Shown here: positions 24,109-33,968 of the stretch, piece after piece
Layout: every line of letters starts with the position of its first letter
Numbering within the stretch: position 1 is the stretch's first letter
Source: an uncultured Clostridia bacterium
Lineage (GTDB): Bacteria; Bacillota; Dehalobacteriia; UBA4068
Assembly: GCA_944390435.1 (NCBI GenBank)
Contig: CALXQC010000012.1
Location: 1-36,080 of the forward strand
Length of the DNA stretch: 36,080 nt
Direction: 5' to 3'
Translations under genes and position numbers: made by a program
The notes under the pieces: generated by a model
What the model saw: only the letters and a program-made list of their open reading frames with translations
Databases searched by the model: none
What the model was told of the DNA's origin: nothing

Positions 24109-25020
24109 ATGGGCAGAACAGAAGCGTCCGCCGCTATTAGCGCTGAGCAGCCGCGGCGGCGCGGTAAAAAAATACTGATCATTCTCATCATAGCGCTGGC
24201 AGCTGTCGCCCTGGCAGCGCTGTTGGTTTACCGGCATAATATCACGGTAACAGTCAGCGAGCTGACCATCCCTGCTGCCGCCCTGCCTGAGGAATGGGAC
24301 GGCTTGACTATCGCCCAAGTCAGCGATTTGCATAACAGCGATTTCGACGGCCATGGCCGGCAGCTGATAGATCTGCTGGCGGCGGCGGAGCCGGATCTGA
24401 TCGCCGTCACCGGCGACCTGCTGGATTCTTATCACCCTGATTTAGAGCTGGCGCTGGCTTTTATCCGCGAGGCGGTGGAGATTGCTCCGGTATATTATGT
24501 CAGCGGTAATCATGAGGCGCGGCTGCCGCAGCTCTACCAGCAGCTCTGTGAGGGCATGACCGAGGCCGGAGCAGTAGTGCTCGATGACCGTTCGCTGCTG
24601 CTGCAGCGCGGAGACAGCAGTATCGAGCTGCTGGGACTGGCTGATCCTAATTTCACCATTTCCGCTGCGATGAGCGAACAGGAGCGGCAGCAGCGGATCA
24701 GCGCGCGGCTGGAGGAGCTGCTCAGCGGCGAGGGAGAGTACAGCATTTTGCTCTCACACCGTCCGGAGCTGGCGGAGCTGTATGCGGAGGCTGGCATCGA
24801 CCTGGTGTTGAGCGGCCATGCTCATGGCGGCCAGATTCGCTTGCCGCTAATCGGCGCGCTGTTTGCGCCTAATCAGGGGCTGTTCCCCAAGTATACCTCT
24901 GGGCTATATCAGCTGGGCGAGACGGCACTGGTAGTCAGCCGCGGTTTGGGAAACAGCCGTTTCCCCTTTAGAATTAATAATCCGCCGGAGCTGCTGATTA
25001 TTACGCTCCAGGCGGATTAG
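24109..25020 (+). CDS. Membrane-anchored metallophosphoesterase (YkuE/YaeI-like)
   Basis: N-terminal TM helix. Motifs SDLH, TGDLLD, GNHE, SGHAHGGQ. Confidence 0.8.
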   Translation: MGRTEASAAISAEQPRRRGKKILIILIIALAAVALAALLVYRHNITVTVSELTIPAAALPEEWDGLTIAQVSDLHNSDFDGHGRQLIDLLAAAEPDLIAVTGDLLDSYHPDLELALAFIREAVEIAPVYYVSGNHEARLPQLYQQLCEGMTEAGAVVLDDRSLLLQRGDSSIELLGLADPNFTISAAMSEQERQQRISARLEELLSGEGEYSILLSHRPELAELYAEAGIDLVLSGHAHGGQIRLPLIGALFAPNQGLFPKYTSGLYQLGETALVVSRGLGNSRFPFRINNPPELLIITLQAD

Positions 25021-25069
25021 AGTTTGCCGGCGGCGCCGGCACGCGCTATGGCTGTAGAAAATTTATGGA

Positions 25070-25095
25070 GGTCAGCTCGCTGAGCTGACCTTTTC
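25070..25095 (+). terminator. Terminator overlapping the 3' end of the convergent MATE gene
   Basis: ggtcagctc-gct-gagctgacc followed by TTTT. Confidence 0.5.
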
Positions 25096-26457
25096 TGTTG
25101 ACGGCGGCTGCGGACGCGGCTCATCCGGCTGGCGCAGCTCGCGGCGGTATTTGAGCAACATCGCCAGCGAGAGCCCGAAGGCGAGCAGCGAAGTTCCGGC
25201 GAAATTGAGCCAGATGCCGGTCAGCCCCAGCGGCCAGAAGATCAGGATCAGCAGCAGCGGGAATACCAGTACGGTGGAGATCGAGATCAGCGACGCGGGG
25301 ATCGTCTTTTCGATCGCCAGCATAAAACTCTGCGAGGCAAAAGAAAACCAGCGTGTGACATAGGTGAAGCTAAAGAGCTGCAAGGCCAGTACCGAAGTGG
25401 CGAGGAATTCGCTGCTGCCGCCCGGCACGAACAGCTCGGAGATTTGCGCCGGGAAGATCAGGATTACTGCGACGAAAATCAGCGCGATCACAGCGCTGGC
25501 GGTAAAGCAGCATTTGCCGATGGCGCGTACCCGCGAATACTGGCGCGCCCCCCAGTTATAGCCGATCGCCGGCTGCAGCGAATCGCACATCCCGTAAAGC
25601 AGCGGCTGGATAAAGCCTTCAACATACATCAGAATACCGTAGATCGAAACAGCCGCTTCGCCGCCCAGCCGCACCAGGATCACATTAAAAACGATTGAGG
25701 TGATGCGTCCGGCGACATTATTGAGAAAAGTCGGCGTACCGCAGGCCAGGATTTGTTTGATCATGCCGACGCTAAAGCGGGGACGGCAGAAACGCAGTAG
25801 CATTTTGCCGCGGAAAAAGGGGATAAAGGCGATCACCACACAGAGGATCATTGCCAGGCAGAAGGACAGCGCCGCCGACCATACTCCCCAATGGAATACC
25901 GAGAGGAAGAGCAATTCCATGCTGGCGCCGGAGACGGCCATCAGGATATTGAGACCCATGCTGCTGCGGATCTTGCCGCAGATCCGCAGATAATTGTCCA
26001 CGGCAAAGATGATAGTAGTCAGCGGCGAGCAGGCGGCGTAGACACGCAGATATTCAACAGCCAGACGGGCAAATTCGCCCTCCGCGCCCATCAGCTCGAT
26101 CAAAGCCGGAGCGATAGCATAGAGCAGCGCGCCGATAATGATGCCGGTGCCGACAATCATCAGGCAGGAACAGGTGAAAATATTGTTGGCGCGGGCTTCT
26201 TCTTTTTGTCCCAGGCTGATAGCGATCGGCACAGACGAGCCGACGCCGATTAAATCGGCCAGGGCAAAATTGATGATGACGAAGGGCATCGCCAGATTGA
26301 TCGCCGCAAAGGCGGTCTCGCCTAAAAACTGGCCGACAAAAATGCCGTCAACCAGGGTATAGATAGCTCCGGCCAGCATCCCGATCGCCCCGGGAATCGA
26401 GGCCATAAAAAACAGCTTGACCGGAGGTGTATTGGCAAATAGGGTATGGGAATTCAT
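25072..26457 (-). CDS. MATE-family efflux transporter
   Basis: Multi-TM protein. N-terminus PVKLFFMASIPGAIGMLAGAIYTLVDGIFVGQFLG is typical of MATE. Start placed at MNSHTL (26457), because the longer ORF would overlap marR. Confidence 0.85.
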   Translation of the reverse strand: MNSHTLFANTPPVKLFFMASIPGAIGMLAGAIYTLVDGIFVGQFLGETAFAAINLAMPFVIINFALADLIGVGSSVPIAISLGQKEEARANNIFTCSCLMIVGTGIIIGALLYAIAPALIELMGAEGEFARLAVEYLRVYAACSPLTTIIFAVDNYLRICGKIRSSMGLNILMAVSGASMELLFLSVFHWGVWSAALSFCLAMILCVVIAFIPFFRGKMLLRFCRPRFSVGMIKQILACGTPTFLNNVAGRITSIVFNVILVRLGGEAAVSIYGILMYVEGFIQPLLYGMCDSLQPAIGYNWGARQYSRVRAIGKCCFTASAVIALIFVAVILIFPAQISELFVPGGSSEFLATSVLALQLFSFTYVTRWFSFASQSFMLAIEKTIPASLISISTVLVFPLLLILIFWPLGLTGIWLNFAGTSLLAFGLSLAMLLKYRRELRQPDEPRPQPPSTEKVSSAS

Positions 26458-26516
26458 CCTGGATAATGATCCTTTCACTGAAGATAACGAGCAGAGGCTC
26501 CCGGTATCCCGGCGGA

Positions 26517-26987
26517 TTATTCTGCCGGCTGCTGGAGCACGGTATGCGCTAATTCCTCGCACAGCGCATTGGAGAGAAACTCAAAGGCATCGACGAATTC
26601 CGCCGGATAACGCTGTAGCGTGCGGGCCAGTGCCTGCTGTTCGGCACGGTTAATATCGCGGAGCACAGAGCGGACATATTGCCGTCCTTGTTCGGTCAGC
26701 ATGATGGCTTTCTCCTTGCCGCCGGGCAAAAAGGTGATCAGCCCTTCCTGCATCATCTCTTTGACAGTGGTGTTGATGGTCGTTTTAGGGATCAGCCATT
26801 CCTCGCTGATTTGTTTTTGGCTATGCGGCTGTCCGTCTTCCAGAGCGTAGATGATAGTTAGGGTGTTTTCCTTGATCCCCAGCTTTTTGCCGCAGAAGTA
26901 ATAGGCTCCGTCCATTTTATTGCAGGCATTGGTGATCCGCCACATGATGTCATGATAGCAGATGCCTTGATCGTTTATAGTTGTCAT
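26517..26987 (-). CDS. MarR-family transcriptional regulator
   Basis: 156 aa. wHTH region SQKQISEEWLIPKTTINTTVKEMMQEGLI. Lies upstream of and co-oriented with the MATE gene. Confidence 0.8.
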   Translation of the reverse strand: MTTINDQGICYHDIMWRITNACNKMDGAYYFCGKKLGIKENTLTIIYALEDGQPHSQKQISEEWLIPKTTINTTVKEMMQEGLITFLPGGKEKAIMLTEQGRQYVRSVLRDINRAEQQALARTLQRYPAEFVDAFEFLSNALCEELAHTVLQQPAE

Positions 26988-27005
26988 GGAGCTCCTCCTA
27001 AAAAA

Positions 27006-27055
27006 TAGTACGAATTCGCATCGATTATTTTAATCCGAATTCGTACTACTGTCAA
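27006..27055 (-). promoter_or_regulatory. marR-MATE promoter with two 13-bp inverted-repeat operator arms
   Basis: On the minus strand: TTGACA (27055-27050), 17 nt, TAAAAT (27032-27027). The arms tagtacgaattcg (27006-27018) and cgaattcgtacta (27036-27048) are perfect inverted repeats. One lies in the spacer and the other lies downstream of the -10. Confidence 0.6.
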
Positions 27056-27125
27056 GAATAAATTTTTATCCCGGGGTTTCGGCGCGGTCCCTGGCGGAGC
27101 TGGCGGCGAGCAGCCTTTTGATGTG

Positions 27126-27608
27126 TTATTTTTCTTTCAGCGCGTCGGCAAAAGCGGCGATCCGCTGATGGTTGACTGTCGAGACATAGCTCTTGCAGCC
27201 GGCGACCAGGCGCATGATGATCCGTTCCGCCAGTGAGCAGACCTGCGGATTATAGACGCCGCCGAGCATTTGCTTGACTACGGCTGCCTCCAGCAGCTGC
27301 GGCGGAAAATTATCGCTGAAATATTTGTTCTCCCCCGTCTCGCTGAGCCCGGAGAGAAATAGCCCCAGCCGCTTATCCAGCAGCTCGTCTTGATGCCGGG
27401 AGATAAAACGCTTCAGCGGACGGCGGATCTGTCCGGCTTCCAGGCTGCTGCCCAGGATCACGCAGTCATAAGCGGCCAGATGCGGCTCGCCGTCTTCAAT
27501 ATCCTTAACGATCGCCTCCGGCAGCTCCTGAGCGATCAGCTTGGCGATCTTGCGGGCGGCGCCGTGATGAGTAGCATAGAGGATCAGGGTGTTCATCGCA
27601 TTCTCCAT
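27126..27608 (-). CDS. Flavodoxin-fold protein
   Basis: MNTLILYATHHGAARKIA... short-chain flavodoxin-like pattern. The alternative start at 27596 has better RBS spacing. Confidence 0.65.
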   Translation of the reverse strand: MENAMNTLILYATHHGAARKIAKLIAQELPEAIVKDIEDGEPHLAAYDCVILGSSLEAGQIRRPLKRFISRHQDELLDKRLGLFLSGLSETGENKYFSDNFPPQLLEAAVVKQMLGGVYNPQVCSLAERIIMRLVAGCKSYVSTVNHQRIAAFADALKEK

Positions 27609-27750
27609 CCTTTATCGAAAAAGTTGCTGGAGCAAGAATATTACTACAGCTGATACTTGTGCATTAATAACATAATAATTATACCATGCGCCAGCCTGTT
27701 TTGGCTAGTTTTTTCTCTGCTGCGGCAGGATTCGCCTTCCGCAAGTTAGA

Positions 27751-27778
27751 AAACATGTTTATGTTATGATTATAACAT
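27751..27778 (+). promoter_or_regulatory. Cluster of ACAT/ATGT palindromes upstream of the RHH gene
   Basis: AAACATGTTT (27751-27760) is a perfect palindrome. It is followed by ATGTTAT-gatt-ATAACAT (27761-27778) and then ATAATT. Confidence 0.4.
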
Positions 27779-27825
27779 ATAATTTTCCTGCTGCTTTCGG
27801 TAAACTAACCTGTGAGGTGACAGCC

Positions 27826-28023
27826 ATGAACGACGATATGCTGCGGATCGCCAAGCGCGACGCCGCCCGCGGCGAGGACGGCTATAAGACTTTTTCCGTT
27901 CGGGTCAAGGAGGAGACTGTGGCTGCTCTAGACGAGCTGGCGCTGCAGAGCAACCGCTCACGCAATGAGCTGATTAATATTATCCTTGATTTCGGCGTCA
28001 CCCATGCTATCGTTGAGGAATAA
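27826..28023 (+). CDS. Ribbon-helix-helix (CopG/Arc-like) DNA-binding protein
   Basis: 65 aa. KTFSVRVKEETVAALDELALQSNRSRNELINIIL fits a beta-strand/helix/helix RHH pattern. GAGGTG RBS. Confidence 0.6.
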   Translation: MNDDMLRIAKRDAARGEDGYKTFSVRVKEETVAALDELALQSNRSRNELINIILDFGVTHAIVEE

Positions 28024-28045
28024 AATAATAACCACGGCCCTCTTT

Positions 28046-28067
28046 GCCGCTGGCAGCGGCTTTTTTT
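28046..28067 (+). terminator. Rho-independent terminator between the RHH gene and cysK
   Basis: gccgct-ggc-agcggc followed by T7. Confidence 0.6.
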
Positions 28068-28109
28068 ATGGCTGCGGAGAGGGCGATACTTGCTAAAGGA
28101 GTAAGCTGC

Positions 28110-29036
28110 ATGATCTATAATAATGTTTTGGAAGCTATCGGCAATACGCCGCTGATCCGGCTCAATCGGATGACCGGTCCGGATGACGCGGAGATTTTGG
28201 TGAAGTTTGAGGCAGTCAATATCGGCGGTTCGGTCAAAACCCGCACTGCCTACAATATGATTCTCGATGCAGAGCGCCAGGGCTTGATCGGCCCGGATAC
28301 CATTATCTGCGAGCCTACCAGCGGCAATCAAGGCATCGGCCTGGCGCTGGTCGCTGCGGTGCGCGGCTATAAGACAGTGATCGTGATGCCCTCCTCAGTC
28401 AGCGAAGAGCGGCGCAAGCTGCTCCGCAATTACGGCGCGGAGGTTATTATCGTTGAAGACAAGGGCGATATCGGCGCGGCTATCGAGGAATGTATGCAGA
28501 CCGCCCAGCAGATGGCTGATGCTGATCCGCGGGTATTCCTGCCGCGGCAGTTTGAGAACCCGGCTAATCCAGAGGCGCATCGTCTCCATACCGCGCCGGA
28601 AATCCTGGAACAAGCCGGCAAGCCGATTCATGGCTTTTGCGCCGGCATCGGCACCGGCGGCAGCCTCTCCGGTATCGGCGAGGTGCTCAAGGCGGTCAAT
28701 CCGCAGATTGAGATCTGGGCTTTGGAGCCGAAGAACGCCGCGATTCTCTCCGGCGGCAGCATTACCACCCATATCCAGATGGGTATCGGCGACGGCCTGA
28801 TTCCGGCTAATCTGAATGTCGATATCTATGACCATGTGGAGATTATCTCTGATGAAGAGGCGGTGCAGACCACCAAAGACTTGGCGCGCCTGGAAGGACT
28901 GATGTGCGGCCTGTCCAGCGGCACTAATGTCGCAGGCGCATTAAAGCTGGCGCGTAAGCTCGGCCGGGGCAAGACGGTAGTCACTCTGCTGCCGGATACG
29001 GCGGAGCGTTATTACAGCACGCCGCTGTTTGATTAA
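28110..29036 (+). CDS. cysK: Cysteine synthase A (O-acetylserine sulfhydrylase)
   Basis: MIYNNVLEAIGNTPLIRLN, PLP-Lys region GGSVKTR, TSGNQGIGLA, GIGTGGSLSG. AAAGGAG RBS. Confidence 0.9.
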   Translation: MIYNNVLEAIGNTPLIRLNRMTGPDDAEILVKFEAVNIGGSVKTRTAYNMILDAERQGLIGPDTIICEPTSGNQGIGLALVAAVRGYKTVIVMPSSVSEERRKLLRNYGAEVIIVEDKGDIGAAIEECMQTAQQMADADPRVFLPRQFENPANPEAHRLHTAPEILEQAGKPIHGFCAGIGTGGSLSGIGEVLKAVNPQIEIWALEPKNAAILSGGSITTHIQMGIGDGLIPANLNVDIYDHVEIISDEEAVQTTKDLARLEGLMCGLSSGTNVAGALKLARKLGRGKTVVTLLPDTAERYYSTPLFD

Positions 29037-29058
29037 TGAACAGGATTAAACAAAATCA

Positions 29059-29090
29059 AACGCCGCTCTCTAGCGGCGTTTTTGCTTTTT
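29059..29090 (+). terminator. Rho-independent terminator after cysK
   Basis: aacgccgct-ctct-agcggcgtt followed by a T-rich tract. Confidence 0.75.
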
Positions 29091-29198
29091 ATGGGAGCAG
29101 TAGCGCCGCTGCGTTTACTTCCCGGCCGGAAATTGGTATAATATAAGCAGCAGGAACAAGCGGTTAGTAGCCCTCTAGTCAGTAAGGAGGCTGATGGC

Positions 29199-30113
29199 AT
29201 GACTATGCTGGATAAAGATTTAAGCTATAAACTCTACAGTGATGAGATTATCTACCGTCCGCCGCCGGAGAGCGAGAGCATCCTGCTGCAGGTTGCCGTA
29301 GGCTGCTCGTATTCGGAATGTACTTTCTGCCGCGAGCAGGCGCATCACCGCTTCAAAGCCTATCCTCTGGGCGAGGTGGAGGAGAAAATCGCTATTCTTG
29401 CCTCTCTGCCGGAAAATAAGCATAAGACCGAGCTGTTTTTTGTCGGCGAGAACTGTATGGTGCTGCCGACGCAGCATTTGGTAGCGATCTTGCAGGCAGT
29501 GCATGAGCTGCTGCCGCAGGTGCAGCATATCAATATGTATGCCCGGGCTGTGGAAATCCTTAAAAAAGGCCGCGCTGACCTCTCCTTGCTCCGAGACTTG
29601 GGCGTCAGCAGTCTCTATGTCGGCGTTGAATCCGGCAGCGACCGCATTCTCGAGAACTGCCGCAAAGGCGAGACTGTCGCGCAGATGCTCGAGGCGCTGC
29701 AGCTGCTCGATCAGCTGGGTTTGACCTACTCGCTGAGCTCGATTATCGGCTTGGGCGGAGAGGAGCTATCTTGGGAAAACGCCACTAAGACGGCGGAGTT
29801 TTATAATCAGGTGCATCCATGGTCGATCCGGTTGATGACGCTTTCTCCGGAGAAGGGCACCACCATGGCTGCGGATATTGCCGCCGGACGCTTCCATCAG
29901 CTGCCGCCGTGGAAAACTATTCTTGAGGAGCGCTTGCTGCTGGAGAAGCTGGAGGTGGAGGATTGTCTGGTCTATGGCAATCATTTCTCTAATCTGCTGC
30001 CGCTGGTAGCTAAATGGCGTCAGGATCAGGAAACAGTGCTGGAGAAGATGGACGAGATCATCTGTTCGCTGCAGCCGGAACTGGTTCACAGCAAGGATTT
30101 TGATCATATGTAA
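29199..30113 (+). CDS. Radical SAM-like protein with a CX4CX2C cluster motif
   Basis: 304 aa. VAVGCSYSECTFCRE (C36, C41, C44), GVESGSD. AAGGAGG RBS. Confidence 0.75.
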   Translation: MTMLDKDLSYKLYSDEIIYRPPPESESILLQVAVGCSYSECTFCREQAHHRFKAYPLGEVEEKIAILASLPENKHKTELFFVGENCMVLPTQHLVAILQAVHELLPQVQHINMYARAVEILKKGRADLSLLRDLGVSSLYVGVESGSDRILENCRKGETVAQMLEALQLLDQLGLTYSLSSIIGLGGEELSWENATKTAEFYNQVHPWSIRLMTLSPEKGTTMAADIAAGRFHQLPPWKTILEERLLLEKLEVEDCLVYGNHFSNLLPLVAKWRQDQETVLEKMDEIICSLQPELVHSKDFDHM

Positions 30114-30143
30114 AGAGGCGGCGTGTGCTATAAGGCCATAACC

Positions 30144-30178
30144 AAATAAGGACTGCCCGGCGGGCAGTCCTTATTTTA
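30144..30178. terminator. Bidirectional terminator between the radical SAM gene and putP
   Basis: ataaggactgccc-ggc-gggcagtccttat with A/T-rich flanks. Confidence 0.75.
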
Positions 30179-30200
30179 TGCATTGATATGCAGTTGCGCT

Positions 30201-31778
30201 TTAGGCTTCTTCCAGGGTGCAGCCTTTTTTATCGCGGACATCCTCAAATTCCTGGACGATCTCCGGCGCCGGCGGTGCGGTCAGCAGCGAGACGACGACA
30301 ATGAAGATGCAGGAGATGATGAACGCCGGCAGCAGGCAGTAAATACCCCAGACGCCGCCCAGCGGATTGATCAGCAGCTTCCAGACAAAGACCATCACGC
30401 CGCCGGAGATCATGCCGGCGATCGCGCCTTGACGGTTGATCCGTTTCCAGAACAGGGAGAACAGCATCAGCGGGCCGAAGGTGGCGCCGAAGCCGGCCCA
30501 GGCGAAGGAGACGATCTGGAAGATGACGCTCTCCTCGTCGATAGCGATCACGGTAGCGACTACAGTGATCAGCAGCAGAGTCAGACGCGAGACGAACATC
30601 ACCTGCTTATCAGTAGCATCTTTCTTAAAGACATCCTTATAGAGGTTTTTCGCCAGAGCAGAGGCTGCGATCAGCAGATAGGAGTCGGAAGAACTCATAG
30701 TCGCGGCAAGAATGCCCGACATCACTACGCCGGCCAGCAATGCCGGCAGCAGGCTGGTGGACATGATGATGAGAATGTTTTCCGCAGAGGAAGAGGTCAG
30801 CAGCTCGGTGGGGAAGAGCGCTCGGCCGACCAAACCGATGAAAACAGCCGCGGCTAAGGAGATCACTACCCAGACAGTGGCGATGCGGCGGGACATGGTC
30901 AGCTTTTTCTCGCTGTTGATCGCCATGAAGCGCAGCAATACCTGCGGCATACCGAAATAGCCCAGACCCCAGGCCAGCGCCGAGGCGATCGAGATCACGC
31001 TGTATTGCGCGCCTTCGCCGAAGAGCGGCGCCCCGTTGGCCACTACCTGGCTGCCGTTTTCCACCACCGGAGTAGCGATGCCGAAGAAATCCAGGAAGCC
31101 GGGGATATTTTGGGCATTGTCGATCACTGCGCCCACGCCGCCGGCTGCCGCAGTGCCGACAGTAATGATCAGGATCAGCGCGACGATCATTACTATCGCC
31201 TGGAGGAAGTCGGAGGCGCTTTCTGCCAGGAAACCGCCCAGTAGGGTATAGGCAAGGACGAAAATCGCTCCGAGAATCATCATCGTTACATAAGAGGTGC
31301 CGAACAGCGTGCTGAAGAGCTTGCCGCAGGTGACCAGGCAGCTCGCTGCATAGACGGTAAAAAAGATCAGGATGAACACCGCGGCGATGCTCAGGATCAC
31401 CTTATTCTTTTCGCGGAAGCGGTTGGAGAAAAATTCCGGCAGGGTGATCGAGTTATTGGCCTTGATGCTGTAGCGGCGCAATCTTTTAGCTACGATCAGC
31501 CAGTTGACATAAGTACCGATCGCCAGGCCGATCGCGGTCCAGGCGGCGTCGGCGACGCCGCTCCAATAAGCGACGCCGGGGAGTCCCATCAGCAGCCAGC
31601 CGCTCATATCCGAGGCTTCGGCGCTCATCGCCGTGACCCACGGACCGAGACTGCGGCCGCCGAGGAAATAGTTCTCGGTATTGCTATGGGCCCTTCTAGT
31701 GAAATAGACCCCGATCCCCAGGACAATGATCATATAGACGATCATGGCGATGAGGATTTGCACAGAATTGCTATCCAT
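30201..31778 (-). CDS. putP: Sodium:proline symporter (SSF family)
   Basis: FLGGRSLGPWVTAMSAEASDMSGWLLMGLPG is a PutP-type signature. Start at MDSNSV behind a GAGGAGAAGG RBS. Confidence 0.8.
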   Translation of the reverse strand: MDSNSVQILIAMIVYMIIVLGIGVYFTRRAHSNTENYFLGGRSLGPWVTAMSAEASDMSGWLLMGLPGVAYWSGVADAAWTAIGLAIGTYVNWLIVAKRLRRYSIKANNSITLPEFFSNRFREKNKVILSIAAVFILIFFTVYAASCLVTCGKLFSTLFGTSYVTMMILGAIFVLAYTLLGGFLAESASDFLQAIVMIVALILIITVGTAAAGGVGAVIDNAQNIPGFLDFFGIATPVVENGSQVVANGAPLFGEGAQYSVISIASALAWGLGYFGMPQVLLRFMAINSEKKLTMSRRIATVWVVISLAAAVFIGLVGRALFPTELLTSSSAENILIIMSTSLLPALLAGVVMSGILAATMSSSDSYLLIAASALAKNLYKDVFKKDATDKQVMFVSRLTLLLITVVATVIAIDEESVIFQIVSFAWAGFGATFGPLMLFSLFWKRINRQGAIAGMISGGVMVFVWKLLINPLGGVWGIYCLLPAFIISCIFIVVVSLLTAPPAPEIVQEFEDVRDKKGCTLEEA

Positions 31779-31858
31779 AGTCCTTCTCCTCAAATTTCAT
31801 TAGTAGTAATGACGCGTTTGCCGCAGCGGCGGCTGCGTCAGCGGTAACACATTTAATT

Positions 31859-31887
31859 ATGATAAAATAAAATCGTTGAATTGTAAA
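31859..31887 (-). promoter_or_regulatory. Putative putP promoter
   Basis: On the minus strand: TTTACA (31887-31882), 17 nt, TATCAT (31864-31859). Confidence 0.45.
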
Positions 31888-31928
31888 GAGCCGGCAGCGT
31901 TTTTCTCCGCTAAATCGTTCAAATAATT

Positions 31929-31963
31929 GTGGCAGCCGCTCCTCTGAACGGGGCGGCTGCCAC
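31929..31963 (-). terminator. Hairpin terminator after the YeiH-family gene
   Basis: 11-bp stem gtggcagccgc / gcggctgccac with a 13-nt loop. The downstream tract is A/T-rich. Confidence 0.5.
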
Positions 31964-31989
31964 AGAATTTTGCCGAGATGGCTCAAGGC

Positions 31990-32997
31990 CTACCAGATGC
32001 CCAGCAGATGCTGCATCAGCAGACTGACGCCGGCGATGCCGATCCAGCAGCAGAGGCCCATGAAAATCGGCTTTCCGCCGCTTTTGACCAGCTTGACGAT
32101 ATCGGTATTGAGACCGATCGCCGCCATAGCCATGACGATGCAGAATTTGCTCAGCTCCTTTAAGGGCGTGGTGACGGCTGCCGGCAGATTGAAGACGGTC
32201 GTCACTACCGAAGCTAAGACGAAAAAGAGCACGAAAAAGGGAAAGATTTTTTTGACGCTGACCCGGCTGCCTTCCCGGCTCTGTTCCTTTTTGGTGCGGT
32301 AAAAAGCCAGCGCCAGGGTGATGGGAATGATAGCCAGGGTGCGTGTCAGCTTGACGATAGTCGCGGAATCCAGGGTATTGCTGTGATGGATGCCGTCCCA
32401 GGCGGCGGCAGCCGCAGTAACGGAAGAGGTATCGTTGACGGCGGTGCCGGCAAAAAGCCCAAAGCCTTCATTGGACAGCCCCAACATTCCGCCCAGGGTG
32501 GGGAAAATCAGCGCTGCGATGACATTGAAGAGAAAGATGACGGAGATCGACTGCGCGATTTCCTCATCATTAGCGCCGATTACCGGCGCGGTGGCGGCGA
32601 TTGCCGATCCGCCGCAGATTGAAGAGCCGACGCCGATGAGGGTCGAGATTTTGCCAGGCATTTTCAGCGCTTTGTAGAGGGCGAAAGCAATCAATAGCGA
32701 GGTGGCGATCGTCGAGATGATGATCGGCAGCGATTGCTGGCCTTTTTGCAGAATATCTGTCAGGTTCATCCCAAAGCCGAGCAGCACCACAGCAAACTGG
32801 AGAATTTTTTTGGAGGTGAAATTGATGCCGCCTTGCGTATGCGGCTTGTCCTTGAACAGCAGGGTGATAATCATGCCGATGATGATGGCGAAGACCGGTC
32901 CTCCGACCACCGGTACCAGGCGGCCTAAGAACCAGCAGGGAATAGCGACGACCAGGCAGAGCAAGATCCCCCAGCCGTTTTTGCGCAGAAAATTCAT
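31990..32997 (-). CDS. YeiH/UPF0324-family membrane protein (putative sulfate exporter family)
   Basis: Multi-TM protein with the family pattern. Start placed at MNFLRK (32997), behind AAAGGA. The ORF track opens at 33039, where there is no RBS. Confidence 0.75.
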   Translation of the reverse strand: MNFLRKNGWGILLCLVVAIPCWFLGRLVPVVGGPVFAIIIGMIITLLFKDKPHTQGGINFTSKKILQFAVVLLGFGMNLTDILQKGQQSLPIIISTIATSLLIAFALYKALKMPGKISTLIGVGSSICGGSAIAATAPVIGANDEEIAQSISVIFLFNVIAALIFPTLGGMLGLSNEGFGLFAGTAVNDTSSVTAAAAAWDGIHHSNTLDSATIVKLTRTLAIIPITLALAFYRTKKEQSREGSRVSVKKIFPFFVLFFVLASVVTTVFNLPAAVTTPLKELSKFCIVMAMAAIGLNTDIVKLVKSGGKPIFMGLCCWIGIAGVSLLMQHLLGIW

Positions 32998-33071
32998 TAG
33001 CGGATCCTTTCTTGATGAGTTGTCGTAATACTTGTGCATAGCATGAGCGCTACCATCAAAGAGCGGCAGCT

Positions 33072-33968
33072 TTAGCGGCGCGCCCTCGCTTCATCCAGGG
33101 CTGCCGTTTTGCCCAAGCGGCGGTTGGCCAGCAGATAGATGATCACTGCCGGCCCGATAAAAGCGAAGGTGACTGCCTGGACGATGGTAAATTGCTCATG
33201 ATAGAGCAGCACGCCGACCAGCAGCTCGATGGTAGGATTGATATACATCAGGATGCCGCTGAGATTATACGGCGTGCTTTTAATCCCTTGGCTAAAAAGA
33301 ATCAGCGGCACGCTGGTGACGATGCCGGACAGCGGCAGCAGCAGATATTGCCAGCCGCTTAGGGCGGCCAGCGCCCCCAGCTGCTGTGTTTCCATATAGA
33401 TGATAAAGCCCAGTGCTAATGGGCTCATAATCAGCGTTTCCAGGAAAATCGAGAGGGTGCTGTCGATGGCGACGGTCTTTTTGATCGCGCCGTAAACAGC
33501 AAAGGTAACCGCGATCGACAGGGCGATAAAGGGGAATTGGCCATAATAGGCGATCGGCACGATAACGCCCAGCGCCGCTAAAACCACCGAACACCAATGC
33601 AGCCGGGTCAGCTGCTCGCGGAAACAAAGCGCGCCGATGAAGATGACCAGGATCGGCTCCAGATAATAAGCCAGGCTGGCGTCGATGATATGGTCGGAAT
33701 TGACTGCCCAGATATAGCTGCCCCAGTTGACGGTGATCAGCACGCTGCACAGCGCCAGCTTGCCCAGCAGCCGCCGGTCGCGCAGCAGCGGCTTGAGCTC
33801 GGCCCAGCGGCGGCGCAGCAGTAGCAGCACAGCGCAGAACAGCAACGACCAAAAGATGCGGCAGGCCAGAATATAGAGCGGGTCTAGGCTGTCCAGGGTC
33901 TTCCAAAAGATCGGCAGCAACCCCCAAAACACATAGCATAGCGTTACATAGAGCGGACCCTTGGCCAT
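33072..33968 (-). CDS. rarD: EamA-family transporter RarD
   Basis: 298 aa. [36 protein letters not shown] and related regions align well with E. coli RarD as I recall it. Confidence 0.8.
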   Translation of the reverse strand: MAKGPLYVTLCYVFWGLLPIFWKTLDSLDPLYILACRIFWSLLFCAVLLLLRRRWAELKPLLRDRRLLGKLALCSVLITVNWGSYIWAVNSDHIIDASLAYYLEPILVIFIGALCFREQLTRLHWCSVVLAALGVIVPIAYYGQFPFIALSIAVTFAVYGAIKKTVAIDSTLSIFLETLIMSPLALGFIIYMETQQLGALAALSGWQYLLLPLSGIVTSVPLILFSQGIKSTPYNLSGILMYINPTIELLVGVLLYHEQFTIVQAVTFAFIGPAVIIYLLANRRLGKTAALDEARARR

